Shown here one piece after another: positions 46,353 through 57,400 of a stretch of DNA of 64,000 nt. This DNA is from Roseibacillus sp. (GTDB lineage: Bacteria > Verrucomicrobiota > Verrucomicrobiia > Verrucomicrobiales > Akkermansiaceae). Within the stretch, counting starts at the first letter, position 1. Each line of letters begins with the position of its first letter. Location of the stretch: contig CBDEUM010000039.1 of the NCBI GenBank assembly GCA_965242925.1, forward strand, positions 64,001 to 128,000. The letters run 5' to 3'. A program made the translations under genes and the position numbers. The notes below the pieces were generated by a model. The model was not told the origin of the DNA and did not search any database. It was given only the letters and a program-made list of their open reading frames with translations.

Positions 46353-49149
46353 CTAGCGCGTTTTGCGGCTGCGTGAGTTCTTGGCCGCCTCCCGCCGGAC
46401 CGCCTCCGTCTTCTGCCGGCGCGCCGCCGCCTGGGCCTCCGCCCGCGACTTGGCTTCTCCCCGCGCTCTCGCCTCCGCGGCCGCCCGCTGGGCATCTGCC
46501 TGGCGCCGGGCTTGCACGGCTGCGGCCTTCCGTTGCGCGTCCAGTTCGGCACGGCGTTGGGCATCCGCCCGCGCACGGACTGCTTCCGCCCGCCGCTGGG
46601 CGTCGATCTGGGCCTTGCGCCGGGCGTCCAGTTCAGCCCGCCTGCGGGATTCCTCCACCTTTTGACGGGCGAGGGCCTGCCCTCTGGCGTCCTCGGCCTG
46701 CTGACGCGCCATCGCCTGGCGCTTGGCTTCCGTCAACTTCTGTTCGGCCAGGGCCCGGCGTCTGGCATCCTCGGTCTTCTGCTGGGCAAGGGCACGACGC
46801 TTCGCCTCTTCGGCCTGCTGGCGGGCCAGCGCCTGCTTCCTGGCATCGGCCTCCGCCTGCTCACGGGCCAGTTCCGCTCGCTTCGCTTCAGCCTGCTTCC
46901 GCTCGGCCAGAACCCGGCGCTTGGCCTCTTCCGCCTTCCCATGAGCCAGAGCCCGCCTTCCCATGAGCCAAGGCCTGACGCGCCATTTCCTCGCGCTTTC
47001 ATCTGCCTCTGCCTGCTTCTGCTCGACCAAGGCCGAGGGCCCGGCGCTTCACCTGTGCAAGAGCCCGGCGCTTCCGCCTTCTGCTCGACCAAGAGCACGA
47101 CGCTTCACCTCCTCGGAACGCTGACGCGCCATTTCCTCGCGCTTGGCTTCCGACAGTTTCTGCTCCGCAAGAGCCCGGCGTTTGCCTCCTCAGCCTGCTT
47201 CCTCGACCAAGGCACGACGCTTCACCTCTTCCGCTTTCTGCTTCTGCTCGGCAAGAGCACGCCGCTTCCCCTCCTCATCTTTCTGCTCCGCAACGCCTCC
47301 TCAGCCTGCTTCTGCTCGACCAAGGCACGACGCTTCACCTCTCCGCTTTCTGTTCGGCAAGAGCACGCCGCTTCCCCTCCTCATCTTTCTGCTCCGCAAG
47401 AGCCCGGCGCTTGGCCTCCTCAGCCTGCTTCTGCTCGACCAAGGCACGACGCTTCACCTCTTCCCCCTTCTCACGGGCCAAGGCCTGACGTTTTCTTTCA
47501 TCTGCCTCCACCTGCTGCTGGGCCAACGCCCGGCGCTTCGCTTCCCCCGCTTTCTCTTCGTCAGCGTTCCGCCGGCGGCCCTCCCGGAGAGCAGTTGCGT
47601 TTTCACCCCCGCCAGGCCCAGGTCCCACAACTGGCCCCCGCCTTCTCAGCGATTCGCGCACCGCTGCCACTTCCTTCCCGGCCTTCTCGATCATCCGTTG
47701 TGCCTCCGCACGCTCCTTGGGCTGCAATTTCCGGTCCTGCATGCGGCGTTCCGCGGCCACCACCGCTTCGCTGGCAGCACGCAGGCTCTCCTCCGCTTTT
47801 GCCCTCCGCCGCTGCCTGTCCTCCAGGGGATTCTCCTCCTGCTGTTCTCCCGCGGTCCTCCGCCGTTGCAGATTGTTGCGCAGGGCCGCCTGGCATTCCG
47901 TCGTCGCGATGGCTTCCCGCGCGCCCTCATGTCTCCGCACCGAGGCCTCATGATGCCGGTGCCTGAGATCCCGTTTGATTTCCCTCTTGCCGGCCCGCAC
48001 GATATCGACCCGACCGAGGTCACCCGCTACCCGGCTGGGACAGACTGCGGCATTCCAGGGTGCATCGACCCGCGGAGCGAAGACGTGCAACCTGTCCTCG
48101 TGCAGACGATGATGCTGACGGTGGGCGAAGTGGTCGCGGCCGCCCCCGAAGTCGAGCTGGCAGCGACGCCCGGGCCGCCGCGCGTGCCGATTGACCCAGG
48201 CGAAGTCCGGACCCCCGCAATGCACGTGGTTTCCCCGCATCGAAAAGCGCGTTACGTTGCGGGTGTTGATGATGATGGTGATCACCGTCACCCGCGGCAC
48301 GCAGTGCGGCTGCACCGGCTCGTAGAAGTGGTCCACCGGGACAAAGTTGTAGTAGTCGGGAGACACATCGTAGGCCAGGTCGATTCCCGGATCGTAATCG
48401 TATACCTCGTCATAGAGGGTCTCGGGCGGCAGGGGTGCCCATCCCAGATAGTCGTCATTCTGGCGCCATGACACCCAGGCCGGGGCCCAGTCATCCCCCG
48501 GCACCCACACCCAGCCGTGCTCGGCGAGGAGAACCCAGCGACCGTAGTGATAGACCGCCCAGCCAAAGGGCTCGTCCGAGAGCCAGGTCCAGCCCTGGTC
48601 GGAATTCACCCAGCGGCCCCGGGTGTAGGGCCTCCAGGCCGGATCTGTCTGCAAGGTCGATGGCTGCCAAACGAATCCGTAGTCCCGGGTCTCAAACCAC
48701 TCCCCGAACCTCGAGAGCTCCGCAAAGAAGATCTGATGGTCCCCGGTATCGAGCAGCACGGCCGGGACTGTCGCCTCAATTGCCACCGCCTTTTCCTCCT
48801 CCGGAAGAAGTTCCCCATTCCGGGGTGCTTCCTCCACTACGATAGCCCGGGGCACATTCGTGAAATCCGCCGCATCGCCGGGTTCGGCCTCAATGATCCC
48901 GGCATCATCCGGCGCCCCGTCCACATCGGGATCCTCCCCTTCCAGGGCGGTGAGCGCGATCTCCAGCTGGCGACGTGCCTCCTCCAACTCCGCATCGAGG
49001 GCGGCATCCTCGCGCTCCTTCTCGAGCTGCGCGACCTTCTCCTTCAGTTTCCTTGATTCGATATCTGCCGAGAACTTCGCGAAATCACAGGCAGGTAAAA
49101 CACACCCACCAACAAGAGCCAGGGAAAGGAACAGGAAACGCTTCATCAT
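46353..49149 (-). CDS. DUF6600-like lipoprotein with a long TolA-like charged helical repeat tail; frameshifted in the repeat
   Basis: Signal peptide with Cys; Trp-rich domain LSRFGEW...YGFVWQP...WRPYTRGRW...EPFGWAVYHYGRW...GWVWVPG..WAPAWVSWR; EEAKRRALAEQK repeats span ORFs 47335..49149 and 46353..47030. Confidence 0.72.
46640..47545 (-). repeat. Degenerate 39-42-bp coding tandem repeat with about 120-bp higher-order periodicity
   Basis: gcctgcttctgctcgaccaaggcacgacgcttcacctct recurs near 47010, 47193, 47304 and 47423; ggcaagagcacgccgcttcccctcctcatctttctgctccgcaa recurs near 47250 and 47356. Confidence 0.85.
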
Positions 49150-49291
49150 AATACAAATGGATTCGGTCCATTCGACGGCGATGGCACCCTGTCCTATTCA
49201 CCGAATTCTCCCTATAATTCCCCCTTTCCTTCCCCATTGCCCTATTTGGAGCTTCAGCAAGCCCTCCAATCCATGCAAACTGCTCTACCCC

Positions 49292-50677
49292 ATGGCTGAA
49301 AACCCGTATCGCCTCACCGAGGATGACATCCTCGAGCCCCCCACCACCTTCTCGGGCAAACTTCGCTTTCTCGGACCCGGGTTTATCCTCTCGGCCTCCA
49401 TCGTGGGTTCCGGGGAACTCTTTGCCACCACCCTCCTCGGGGCCAAGGCCGGCTTCGTCTGCCTCTGGGTCATCATTTTCTCCTGCCTCGTCAAGGTCGC
49501 CCTCCAGCTCGAGTTCGGCAAACACGCCATCTACACCGGTCGGACCACCATGCAGGCCCTCAACGACCTGCCCGGGCCCCGCCTCGGCAGGGGACACCTC
49601 TCGATCTGGATCTGGCTCCTCATCATGTCCTTCAAGTTCCTGCAGGTCGGCGGGATCGTGGGAGGAGTGGCCCTCATTTTCATGCAGATCCCGGCCCTGG
49701 CCGACTTTGGCCTGATCTGGTGGACTCTCTTCACCGCCCTCGTCGTGGCAGTCATCGTCTCGGTCGGGCGCTACGGCTTTCTCGAAAAGCTCTCCCTCAT
49801 AATGATCGGGCTCTTCACCATCTTCACTTTGGTCTCGGTGATTGCCCTGCAGTGGACCGACAATGCGTTCAGCGGAGCGGAGATCCTCTCCGGCCTGAGC
49901 TTCCAGTTGCCCACCGCCGCGGTCATCATCGCGGTGGGAGCCTTCGGCATCACCGGGGTGGGGGGAGACGAAATCATGGCCTACAACTACTGGCTGCTGG
50001 AAAAAGGCTACGCCGCCCACACCGGACCCCGCCCGGGCTGGACCAGCGGGGAAGCACACGACATCTGGCTCCGGCGCGCGCGCGGCTGGATCAGGGTCAT
50101 GACCCTGGACGCCATGGCCGCCATGGTCTGCTACACCCTCGTCACAGTGCTCTTCTACATTCTGGGGGCCGCCATTCTTCATCGAAATGGCCTCGTCCCG
50201 GCCAAGACTGAAATGATCTCGCAGCTGGGCACGATCTACACCGAGTCTCTCGGTCCCTGGGCCTTCGGAATCTTCCTTGGCGGGGCGCTGGTGGTGCTCT
50301 TTTCCACCCTCCTCTCCGCCCTCGCAGCCTGGGCCCGGCTCTTCAGCGATGCCTTCAGCCAACTGGGCTGGGGGAACTTCCAGGATCCCGAGAGCCGCAA
50401 AAAATCCGTGGGGACCTGTGCCTTTGTCTTTCCGGCCATCTGGGCTATTCTCTTTCTCCAGTTCCAGGCCCCGGGACTCATGGTCATTATCGGAGGGGTC
50501 GCCAGCGCCTTCATCCTCCTCATCGTGGTCTATGCCGCGGTCATCATGCACCGCAAGTGGGCACCCAGGGAGCTTGAGGGCGGACAGTTCTACAAGACGG
50601 CCTTCCTCCTGAGTTCGGTCGCCATCGTTGCGGTGGCCGTCATCTCATCCGCCAAGGCCCTCAAGTTGATCGGCTGA
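49292..50677 (+). CDS. Nramp/APC-superfamily (YcsG-like) transporter
   Basis: LGPGFILSASIVGSGEL, GAFGITGVG, about 11 TMs; lacks the DPGN motif of MntH; ATG 49292 chosen. Confidence 0.82.
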   Translation: MAENPYRLTEDDILEPPTTFSGKLRFLGPGFILSASIVGSGELFATTLLGAKAGFVCLWVIIFSCLVKVALQLEFGKHAIYTGRTTMQALNDLPGPRLGRGHLSIWIWLLIMSFKFLQVGGIVGGVALIFMQIPALADFGLIWWTLFTALVVAVIVSVGRYGFLEKLSLIMIGLFTIFTLVSVIALQWTDNAFSGAEILSGLSFQLPTAAVIIAVGAFGITGVGGDEIMAYNYWLLEKGYAAHTGPRPGWTSGEAHDIWLRRARGWIRVMTLDAMAAMVCYTLVTVLFYILGAAILHRNGLVPAKTEMISQLGTIYTESLGPWAFGIFLGGALVVLFSTLLSALAAWARLFSDAFSQLGWGNFQDPESRKKSVGTCAFVFPAIWAILFLQFQAPGLMVIIGGVASAFILLIVVYAAVIMHRKWAPRELEGGQFYKTAFLLSSVAIVAVAVISSAKALKLIG

Positions 50678-50692
50678 ACCGCAACGGCCGGG

Positions 50693-51955
50693 TCACCAGA
50701 GGCAGACCAGATGCCTGTCACCGCGGATGAGCACCCTGCCATCCACCACTAGCGGGGAGGCTATCACACCCTCCCCAATGTTGATTTCCTCCAGGTTCTC
50801 GATCCCCTCCGCTGTCAACCTAGCGGTGAAGACAGCCCCGTCCCGGCGCGCGCCGTAGAAGTGTCTGCCCGCCACCACCGGGGAGGCGCAGAAGGTGTGA
50901 ACAGACTTCGGCAGGCTCTCCTGCCAGGCCTTCTCCCCAGTTGCTGCATTCACCATCGTCAGGGTTCCCCGCGTCTTCCCGGTATCGGTGAGCATGAGGG
51001 CCCGGTTCCCGTGCACGGCGGGGGTGCAGGTGTCCGAGCCCCAGCCCCGGGCGCTCCAAAGCCAGGCTGCGCTGGTGATATCTCCCTTGCCTCCCAGCTT
51101 GATCCCCGCCACCCGGTCTTCCCGTCCATAGGGAACGATCGCCACCCCGTCCGTCCCGGAGGGAGAGGCGATGGTCCGCCACACCCGCTCCGGCTTGGGG
51201 TTGAACCCACCGCAGAACCACAGCTGCTTCCCGGTCCCCGCGTCATGCCCGGTCAGGTGATCTCCTCCCCAGGTCACGATTGTCTCCACTCCGTCGACCT
51301 CCGCCACGAAGGGCGACGAGTAGCTGTCCCCGTTTTCCCCAACCGTCCTGAAAAGACGCTCCGTCATCCAGACACGTTTCCCGTTCTCCTTGTTAAGCGC
51401 AGCGAGATAGGAGGTTCCCGCCTGCTGCATGACAGCGATCACGAGATGACCGCCTGCAAAAATGGGCGAAGTGCCCCGGTCCCAGAGAATCTTGTCCGGA
51501 TGGGTCACTTCATCCAGGCTGGTCCTCCACTCCACCTTTCCCTGCAGCGTGAGGGAGGCCACCGTGCCCGACTTGAAATAGACGAAGAGATGCCTGCCGT
51601 CGGTGAGCGGGGACGAATTCGCGCTGCTGCCGATACGCTGCGTCCGTCCCAGCCGGGCCGCTCCGAGCTCCTTGCGCCAGAGTTCCTTCCCACTCTTGAG
51701 ATCGAAGGCCTGGACCGCGTCCTTTTCACCGATCAAACCGGTCACGAACACCTTGCCCTCCCACACCACGGGAGTCGAACAGGCCCGGCCCTCCAGTTTG
51801 ACCTTCCACATGCGATCCGCGGCGAAGCTGGTGGGGCCCTCACGGTCCGGCACCACCCCGTTGCCGTGCGGCCCCCGCCACGCGGGCCAGTTTTCCGCCC
51901 TTGCCCCGGCTCCCACCCAGAGCATCCCCAGTAACAGGATCATTCGCAAATTCAT
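50693..51955 (-). CDS. Exported PQQ-binding-like beta-propeller protein (close paralog of 41186..42472)
   Basis: Signal peptide, NWPAWRGP, STPVVW, FVYFKSG, TWGGDHLTGHD, IASP. Confidence 0.88.
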   Translation of the reverse strand: MNLRMILLLGMLWVGAGARAENWPAWRGPHGNGVVPDREGPTSFAADRMWKVKLEGRACSTPVVWEGKVFVTGLIGEKDAVQAFDLKSGKELWRKELGAARLGRTQRIGSSANSSPLTDGRHLFVYFKSGTVASLTLQGKVEWRTSLDEVTHPDKILWDRGTSPIFAGGHLVIAVMQQAGTSYLAALNKENGKRVWMTERLFRTVGENGDSYSSPFVAEVDGVETIVTWGGDHLTGHDAGTGKQLWFCGGFNPKPERVWRTIASPSGTDGVAIVPYGREDRVAGIKLGGKGDITSAAWLWSARGWGSDTCTPAVHGNRALMLTDTGKTRGTLTMVNAATGEKAWQESLPKSVHTFCASPVVAGRHFYGARRDGAVFTARLTAEGIENLEEINIGEGVIASPLVVDGRVLIRGDRHLVCLW

Positions 51956-52094
51956 GGCCCTACTACAGCAAGGCAGCCTCTCCCCTCTCAACAAGAATCG
52001 TAAACCCTCCTCCTGATTACCAATAACAGATAACTAATATCCCCACCGCGATCCTTGACCAACGCCTCCCACTCTGGACACTCCTGCCTGCATC

Positions 52095-53108
52095 ATGGCT
52101 GACATCATCAACAAGACCGACATTGAACTCGGGGTCGTCGCCACCCACTCCGGATGGGTGGGGGGAATCGTTCCCGATGACGACGGGAATGTCCCACGCA
52201 CCAGCGAGGGGGAACTGGTCGTTCTCGCCGAGATGAAAAAGCTCCAGGAGCTCAGTCGTGTCAAACTCGACGGCGTGCAGGTTCCCGTCATCCCCGGCAC
52301 CAGGGGTGAGGATTTCGACGAGATCTGCAACGGATTCAAGGATCTCGACCTCAAACTCTACTTCGTCCTGATGGTGGGCGGCGCCGATCCCATGAACCCC
52401 GAGGACGAGTCCGCGGTGGCGGATCAGCTCCTCCTCGGCCTGGAAGCGGCCAAGACCCACGGCGTCACTATTGTCTCTTCCACCTCCATCGAGGAGTGGA
52501 TGAGCGGCTCGCCACGCAAGGATGGCACTGACTTTGAGGCCGCCGTTGAGCAGAACGCCAGGCTCCACCACCGCTGCTACACCGAGGCCGGTCTTGCCGA
52601 TTCCTGCGTCAGTTCGTGGCACGTCGAGTTCCTGCGTCCCGGCGAGTTCGCCACCTTCACCGACCTTGGCCGCCTCTGGAAGTTCCTCCAGGCCGCCAAT
52701 TCCCTCGTCGGCAGTGATGACAAGTTCTTCAAGTCCCTCACCGATGCCGCCCACTGCGGGGACTCCACCCTCACTATTCCGGAGAACGAGGACCTCATCG
52801 CGCAGATGGGTGCGGCGGGCGAACTCGGCTGCTTCCACGCTTCCGCCATGACCACCCGGGGGTGCCTGTCCACCGACGATGGCTGGATCGGCTCCCTCCT
52901 CACCGCAGTGGCCAAGACAGGCACCCTGGAACATGTCTTCGTCGAACTCTTCCGGCACGATGACGCCGCCCTCCAGGCCCTCCGGGACCTCGATCCCGGG
53001 CATGGCATCGATACCACCGACGGACGGGACTACAACGAGTGCACTGCCGACGGTCTTGAAGACATCGCCCACCGCCTCAACAACCTCAAGGCCCGCGGCA
53101 TCCTCTAG
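52095..53108 (+). CDS. Divergent xylose-isomerase-like TIM barrel (sugar epimerase/isomerase-like)
   Basis: Metal-ligand-like pattern HVEFLR..E, DAAH, FHASA..RG, VELF reminiscent of ketose 3-epimerases. Confidence 0.6.
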   Translation: MADIINKTDIELGVVATHSGWVGGIVPDDDGNVPRTSEGELVVLAEMKKLQELSRVKLDGVQVPVIPGTRGEDFDEICNGFKDLDLKLYFVLMVGGADPMNPEDESAVADQLLLGLEAAKTHGVTIVSSTSIEEWMSGSPRKDGTDFEAAVEQNARLHHRCYTEAGLADSCVSSWHVEFLRPGEFATFTDLGRLWKFLQAANSLVGSDDKFFKSLTDAAHCGDSTLTIPENEDLIAQMGAAGELGCFHASAMTTRGCLSTDDGWIGSLLTAVAKTGTLEHVFVELFRHDDAALQALRDLDPGHGIDTTDGRDYNECTADGLEDIAHRLNNLKARGIL

Positions 53109-53138
53109 CGGGAGTCGCAATCCACGGCTCGCCGGCCG

Positions 53139-54365
53139 CTAGTTCGAACCGATACAGAACAGGTGCTCCGCTCCCCGGAGGATCCACTGGCCCTGCGTGA
53201 TCACGGGAGAAGCGTGCATCTCCTCGCCCAGTGTATTACGGGCCACCTCCACGAATTCCTCACCGGGCCTGATCACAGTCATGACGCCGCTTTCTGAAAC
53301 AAAGCAGACATGCCCCTGTACCGTGACCGCGGAAGCACCGTGCTCGCGCCCAATCCGTTTGTTCCATGCCAGTCTCCCGGTCCTGGCCTCCAGGCAACTC
53401 GCCTTCCCGCTGTCCGAGACCACCACGAAATACTTCCCGATGCTGGCGGGACTGGGCACGTAGGAAGGATCCTTCCGGGTGCGCCACCTGACGTGTGTCC
53501 TGGTCACATTCCCCGAGCCCCGCGGATCGATTGCCAGCATATGCCGCTGCGGAAATCCGCAGGTCATGAAGAGCAGGTCTCCATTGTAGACCAGGGAAGC
53601 CACGAACTGGTCAGTGGGGCCGTCGATCACCCAGTGTCGTTTCCCGGTATCGGGATCGTAGCTGGCCACCGTCTTGTCCCCCGCGAGAACCATCTGGTTA
53701 CGCCCCTCGATGGTCCAGATCACCGGGGTGCAGTAACTGCGGGTTCGGTTGGCCCGCCTGGTCTTCCAGACTTCCTTCCCACTCTTCTTCTCCAGGGCCA
53801 CGAGATAGGACTCCCCATCGTGATCCCCATTGATGATCACCTTGTCCTTCCAGAGGATGGGACTCGAGCAGTAGCCGTGAACACTCGAGAATACACCCGG
53901 GCGTTTCTCCCACCGTCTCTTGCCCGTCAGGCTGTAGGCCACCACGCACATGTCCTGTCCATCCAGGAAACTCACGTAAACCTGCTCTCCGTCCGTCGCA
54001 GGAGTGGAAGAGGCCAGGCTGTTGCGCCGGTGAATGCGTTCCTGCGGAGAGGTCAATACCGTCTCGGACCACTTCACCTTCCCGCTCCGGCGGTCCAGGC
54101 AGAGTAGTTGTCGCCTGTCCTCCACCGCGGTTACGACAAAGACGTCGTCCCTCCACACGATGGGCGAGGCGTGCCCCTTCCCCGGCAGGGGTGTCTTCCA
54201 GACCGTGTTCTTCTCCACGCTCCATTTCAAGGGCACCACCTTGTCCGGACTGGATCCGTCACCCCGGAGACCCCGCCACGACGGCCAGACATCCTCTGCC
54301 CCCGCAGGCAGGGTTGGTCCGAAAACCACGATGACAAGGGAAAGAATGAGCAGGGCCATCTTCAT
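53139..54365 (-). CDS. Exported PQQ-binding-like beta-propeller protein
   Basis: Signal peptide, WPSWRG, WKTPLPGKGHASP, ASSTPATDG, YVPSP, HLFCIG. Confidence 0.88.
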   Translation of the reverse strand: MKMALLILSLVIVVFGPTLPAGAEDVWPSWRGLRGDGSSPDKVVPLKWSVEKNTVWKTPLPGKGHASPIVWRDDVFVVTAVEDRRQLLCLDRRSGKVKWSETVLTSPQERIHRRNSLASSTPATDGEQVYVSFLDGQDMCVVAYSLTGKRRWEKRPGVFSSVHGYCSSPILWKDKVIINGDHDGESYLVALEKKSGKEVWKTRRANRTRSYCTPVIWTIEGRNQMVLAGDKTVASYDPDTGKRHWVIDGPTDQFVASLVYNGDLLFMTCGFPQRHMLAIDPRGSGNVTRTHVRWRTRKDPSYVPSPASIGKYFVVVSDSGKASCLEARTGRLAWNKRIGREHGASAVTVQGHVCFVSESGVMTVIRPGEEFVEVARNTLGEEMHASPVITQGQWILRGAEHLFCIGSN

Positions 54366-54448
54366 GGACTCATCCTACACTCTTACCCACGGCAGCTATC
54401 AAGCATCCCCGCCCCGGATTGGAAAAAAACTACCCTGCTGTCATTCCT

Positions 54449-57400
54449 CTACCCCAGCAGCCTCCCAAGTTCCTTCCCGGCCTCCTCCACCCAGGCGTTT
54501 CCAGGCAGGGCATAGGGCCGGAAGGTCTCCAGGGAGCCTTCGTGCTCATTATAGAAGAGAGCGCGGTGCATGCCGAGGTTGCTTGCCGCCGGACTGTCCA
54601 CCAGGGCGGCCGAATCGTTCTGGCTCATCTGGAAAATAACCCGCATCTCGAATTCGCTCAGCGCCTTCCGGCTCAGGAAACGGTTCACATTGTTGGAGGT
54701 ATCAACCGTTGCCATCACGTGCAGCCCGTACCCCGTCCCCTCCGTCACGATTTCGTTGAGCTGCGCCCCCGGGTTGGGACCCGCATCGTCGCTGTCGAAC
54801 GAAAAATCGAAGTCATCCTCGTGCTTGAGATTCTTGAACTTCTGCAGGTTGTGGATCAGCAGGAAGACCGGCGGGTCATTGGCGGCGATCTCCTCGTCCG
54901 CCGCCCTCCGTTTCATTTCCTCGCCCAGCTCGCCCATCACACGTGGCAGATCGTTGTTTTTGACGACCTCCACCTGGTGTGGCACCGCTTCCACCACTCT
55001 CTGCAGGAACGCGGACTCGGACGACCCGGGGGTGGTTCCGTCACATACAATGAACCGGATCCCACCCTTCGCAGACTGGGCGGAAAGGGAGACCAGCGAA
55101 ACGGCCAGCATGGCCAGGGCCGCCTCCTCCCGCTGGCCGATCACGATCAGGTTGTTCCCACTCTGGCGATGGAAGGTTGCCTCCGTTGGACCCTTGATGG
55201 AGTTGGGAGAACCCAGCCAGGACCGCTTGGAGAAAGAAGATTCGACCGCCTCGGCGTGCAGGAGTCCGTGGAGTAACCCGTTCTCGCCAACATCAGCCGG
55301 AGAGTTCCCCTCGAAGACAATGGGAGTGGAACAGTCATACGAGTTCTCCTCCGCGATCTTGAGGACATGCTGAAGAGACTGATCCCGCTCTTCATCCGGC
55401 AGCCAGACCACCTGGAACGGGCTGTTGGCTTCCAGGGCACCGGCGCTGTCGTTGTAGATCCCCTCCCCCGGGCGTGTCAGCATGCGTGGGGCAGGGTTGG
55501 AGTCATCCATGATGAGATAGGCATCCGACTCATTGCACTGAAGCGCCACCCGGATGACCATCTGACCCATCGTGGTACGGGCCATGCTGTAGGCGCCGCC
55601 CAGTGTCTGTGACCCAAGCAGCACATGAATGCCGAAGGCACGGCCCTGGCGCACAATGCGATCCAGAAGGACCGAGGCATCCTGTGCGATGCGATCGTCT
55701 TCCACGAAGAGTTCCTGGAACTCGTCGATAATCAGGAGGGATCGCGGCACCGACTCGCTCCCGCCCGCCCTCTTATAGCCAGCCACGTCCTGCACCCCCA
55801 GCTTGCGGAACATGTCCCCCCGCCGCTTCAATTCCTCGTCCACCCTCTTGAGCACGCTCAGGCCGAACTCCCGGTCACTCTCGATCGCCACCACCCGCGC
55901 GTGCGGCAGACGCGCCGCCGCGTAGCATTTGAATTCCACCCCCTTCTTGAAATCCACCAGGTAGAACTCCACCTGGTCGGGGTTGCACCAGAGCGAGAGA
56001 TTCGAAATGATCACATGAAAGAGCGTCGACTTACCCGATCCCGTTTTCCCCGCAAATAGAGCGTGCTGCCGGGTTCCCTTCCCGATCGCAAGATACTGCA
56101 GCTTGGTCGCTCCAGTTCTCCCGATGGGCACTCTCAACTCATTGGTGGTGTCGCTGCTCCAGAATTCACCCTCCTTCGGAATGACGTGCTGGAAAGGCAC
56201 TTCCACCCGGTTCGCATCGACGCTGCTGGCGCCGATCTTGTGAATGAACTCGATCGCAATCTCGGGATCGGGTGCGGGGTCGAACTCCAGCGGCGTCCCG
56301 TTCTGATCGTTCGTGCCCACCAGGAAGCGATCGCCCTCGCAGCGGATGCGGATGCTGTTCTCGCGGAGAACCTCCGGCATCATCTCAGCCGGACCGCCGG
56401 TCTGCTGGTGATCCCAGTGCATCAGGGTGTAAATCCCGCAACGGGGTCCGCTCATCGCGATGCTCTGCAGGCGCTTGGCCGCCGTCTCGCTGAAGCCCGA
56501 GGGAAAGTCCGCAATGACGAGGAAGTGATACTTCTCCGCAATATTGCCCGCCTGCTCGTTGTAGTCCGTAATGGTATCGTACTCATTGCGGAGATACATC
56601 TGGATCACTTTCTCGATATGCTCGTTGAGCTCACCCAGCTTCTCCTCGATCTGCCCCCGCTGCGTCCAGATCCTCCCGTTGATCACACTGTCCTCGTAGT
56701 CAGCCAGATGCATGATCCCCGCGAAGTTTTCCCCCAGCCCAACCGGATCGATAATGGTGAAGTTCAGCTTGCCCGGCGGGGTGGTGGCCAGCAGGCGCAG
56801 GATGATGTTGTTGAGCGCCTCAAGCGCCGTTTCACGTCCAAACCCGTCAGTCTCGAAAAGCAGCGATCCGTCGTGGGGCAGTTGCAGGGCCATGGGAACC
56901 TCGATCGCTCTCGCATCCGGAAGGCTCAGGTTGAGCTCCTCTGCCAGCGTATCCCCGGCCACGGAAACCCGGCCGAAGCGCGCCACATCGTGCAATTCGG
57001 CGGAGGGCTGCCACCGCTCAAGATAACTCTGCTCCCACGGCGGGGTGAGGGGCGCCAGCGACTCCGCTATCACTCCCGCCTCCTGGTAGATCGACTGCAC
57101 CCGCGCGGTCCACTCCGCCTCCATTTCATTTCGAGCCTCCTCGTAGGTCTCTTCTGCTTCCCCCACCTCCTCATCGTGTTCCGCCTGCAGGCTGGCGATA
57201 CGGTCAGCGGCTCCCTGCTGCAATTCCTCCAGACGCCCTTCGTGGAGGGAATTTAACGGACCCACGATGCGATCGCGCATCTCATCATTCCTGGCCCGGG
57301 CGCGCTGGTATTTTTCTTCGATCCTGCCTCCGCCCTCTTCCCGCAGTTTGCTTGCAGCCTCATCGGCCTGCACCCAACGGTTCTCCCCCGCTGCTTCCTC

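Noticed and set aside
46640..47545. Possible CRISPR array
   Set aside because: The units are contiguous and degenerate, lack unique spacers and translate into a protein repeat; no cas genes are present
49292..50677. mntH call
   Set aside because: The DPGN and MPH metal-binding motifs are absent
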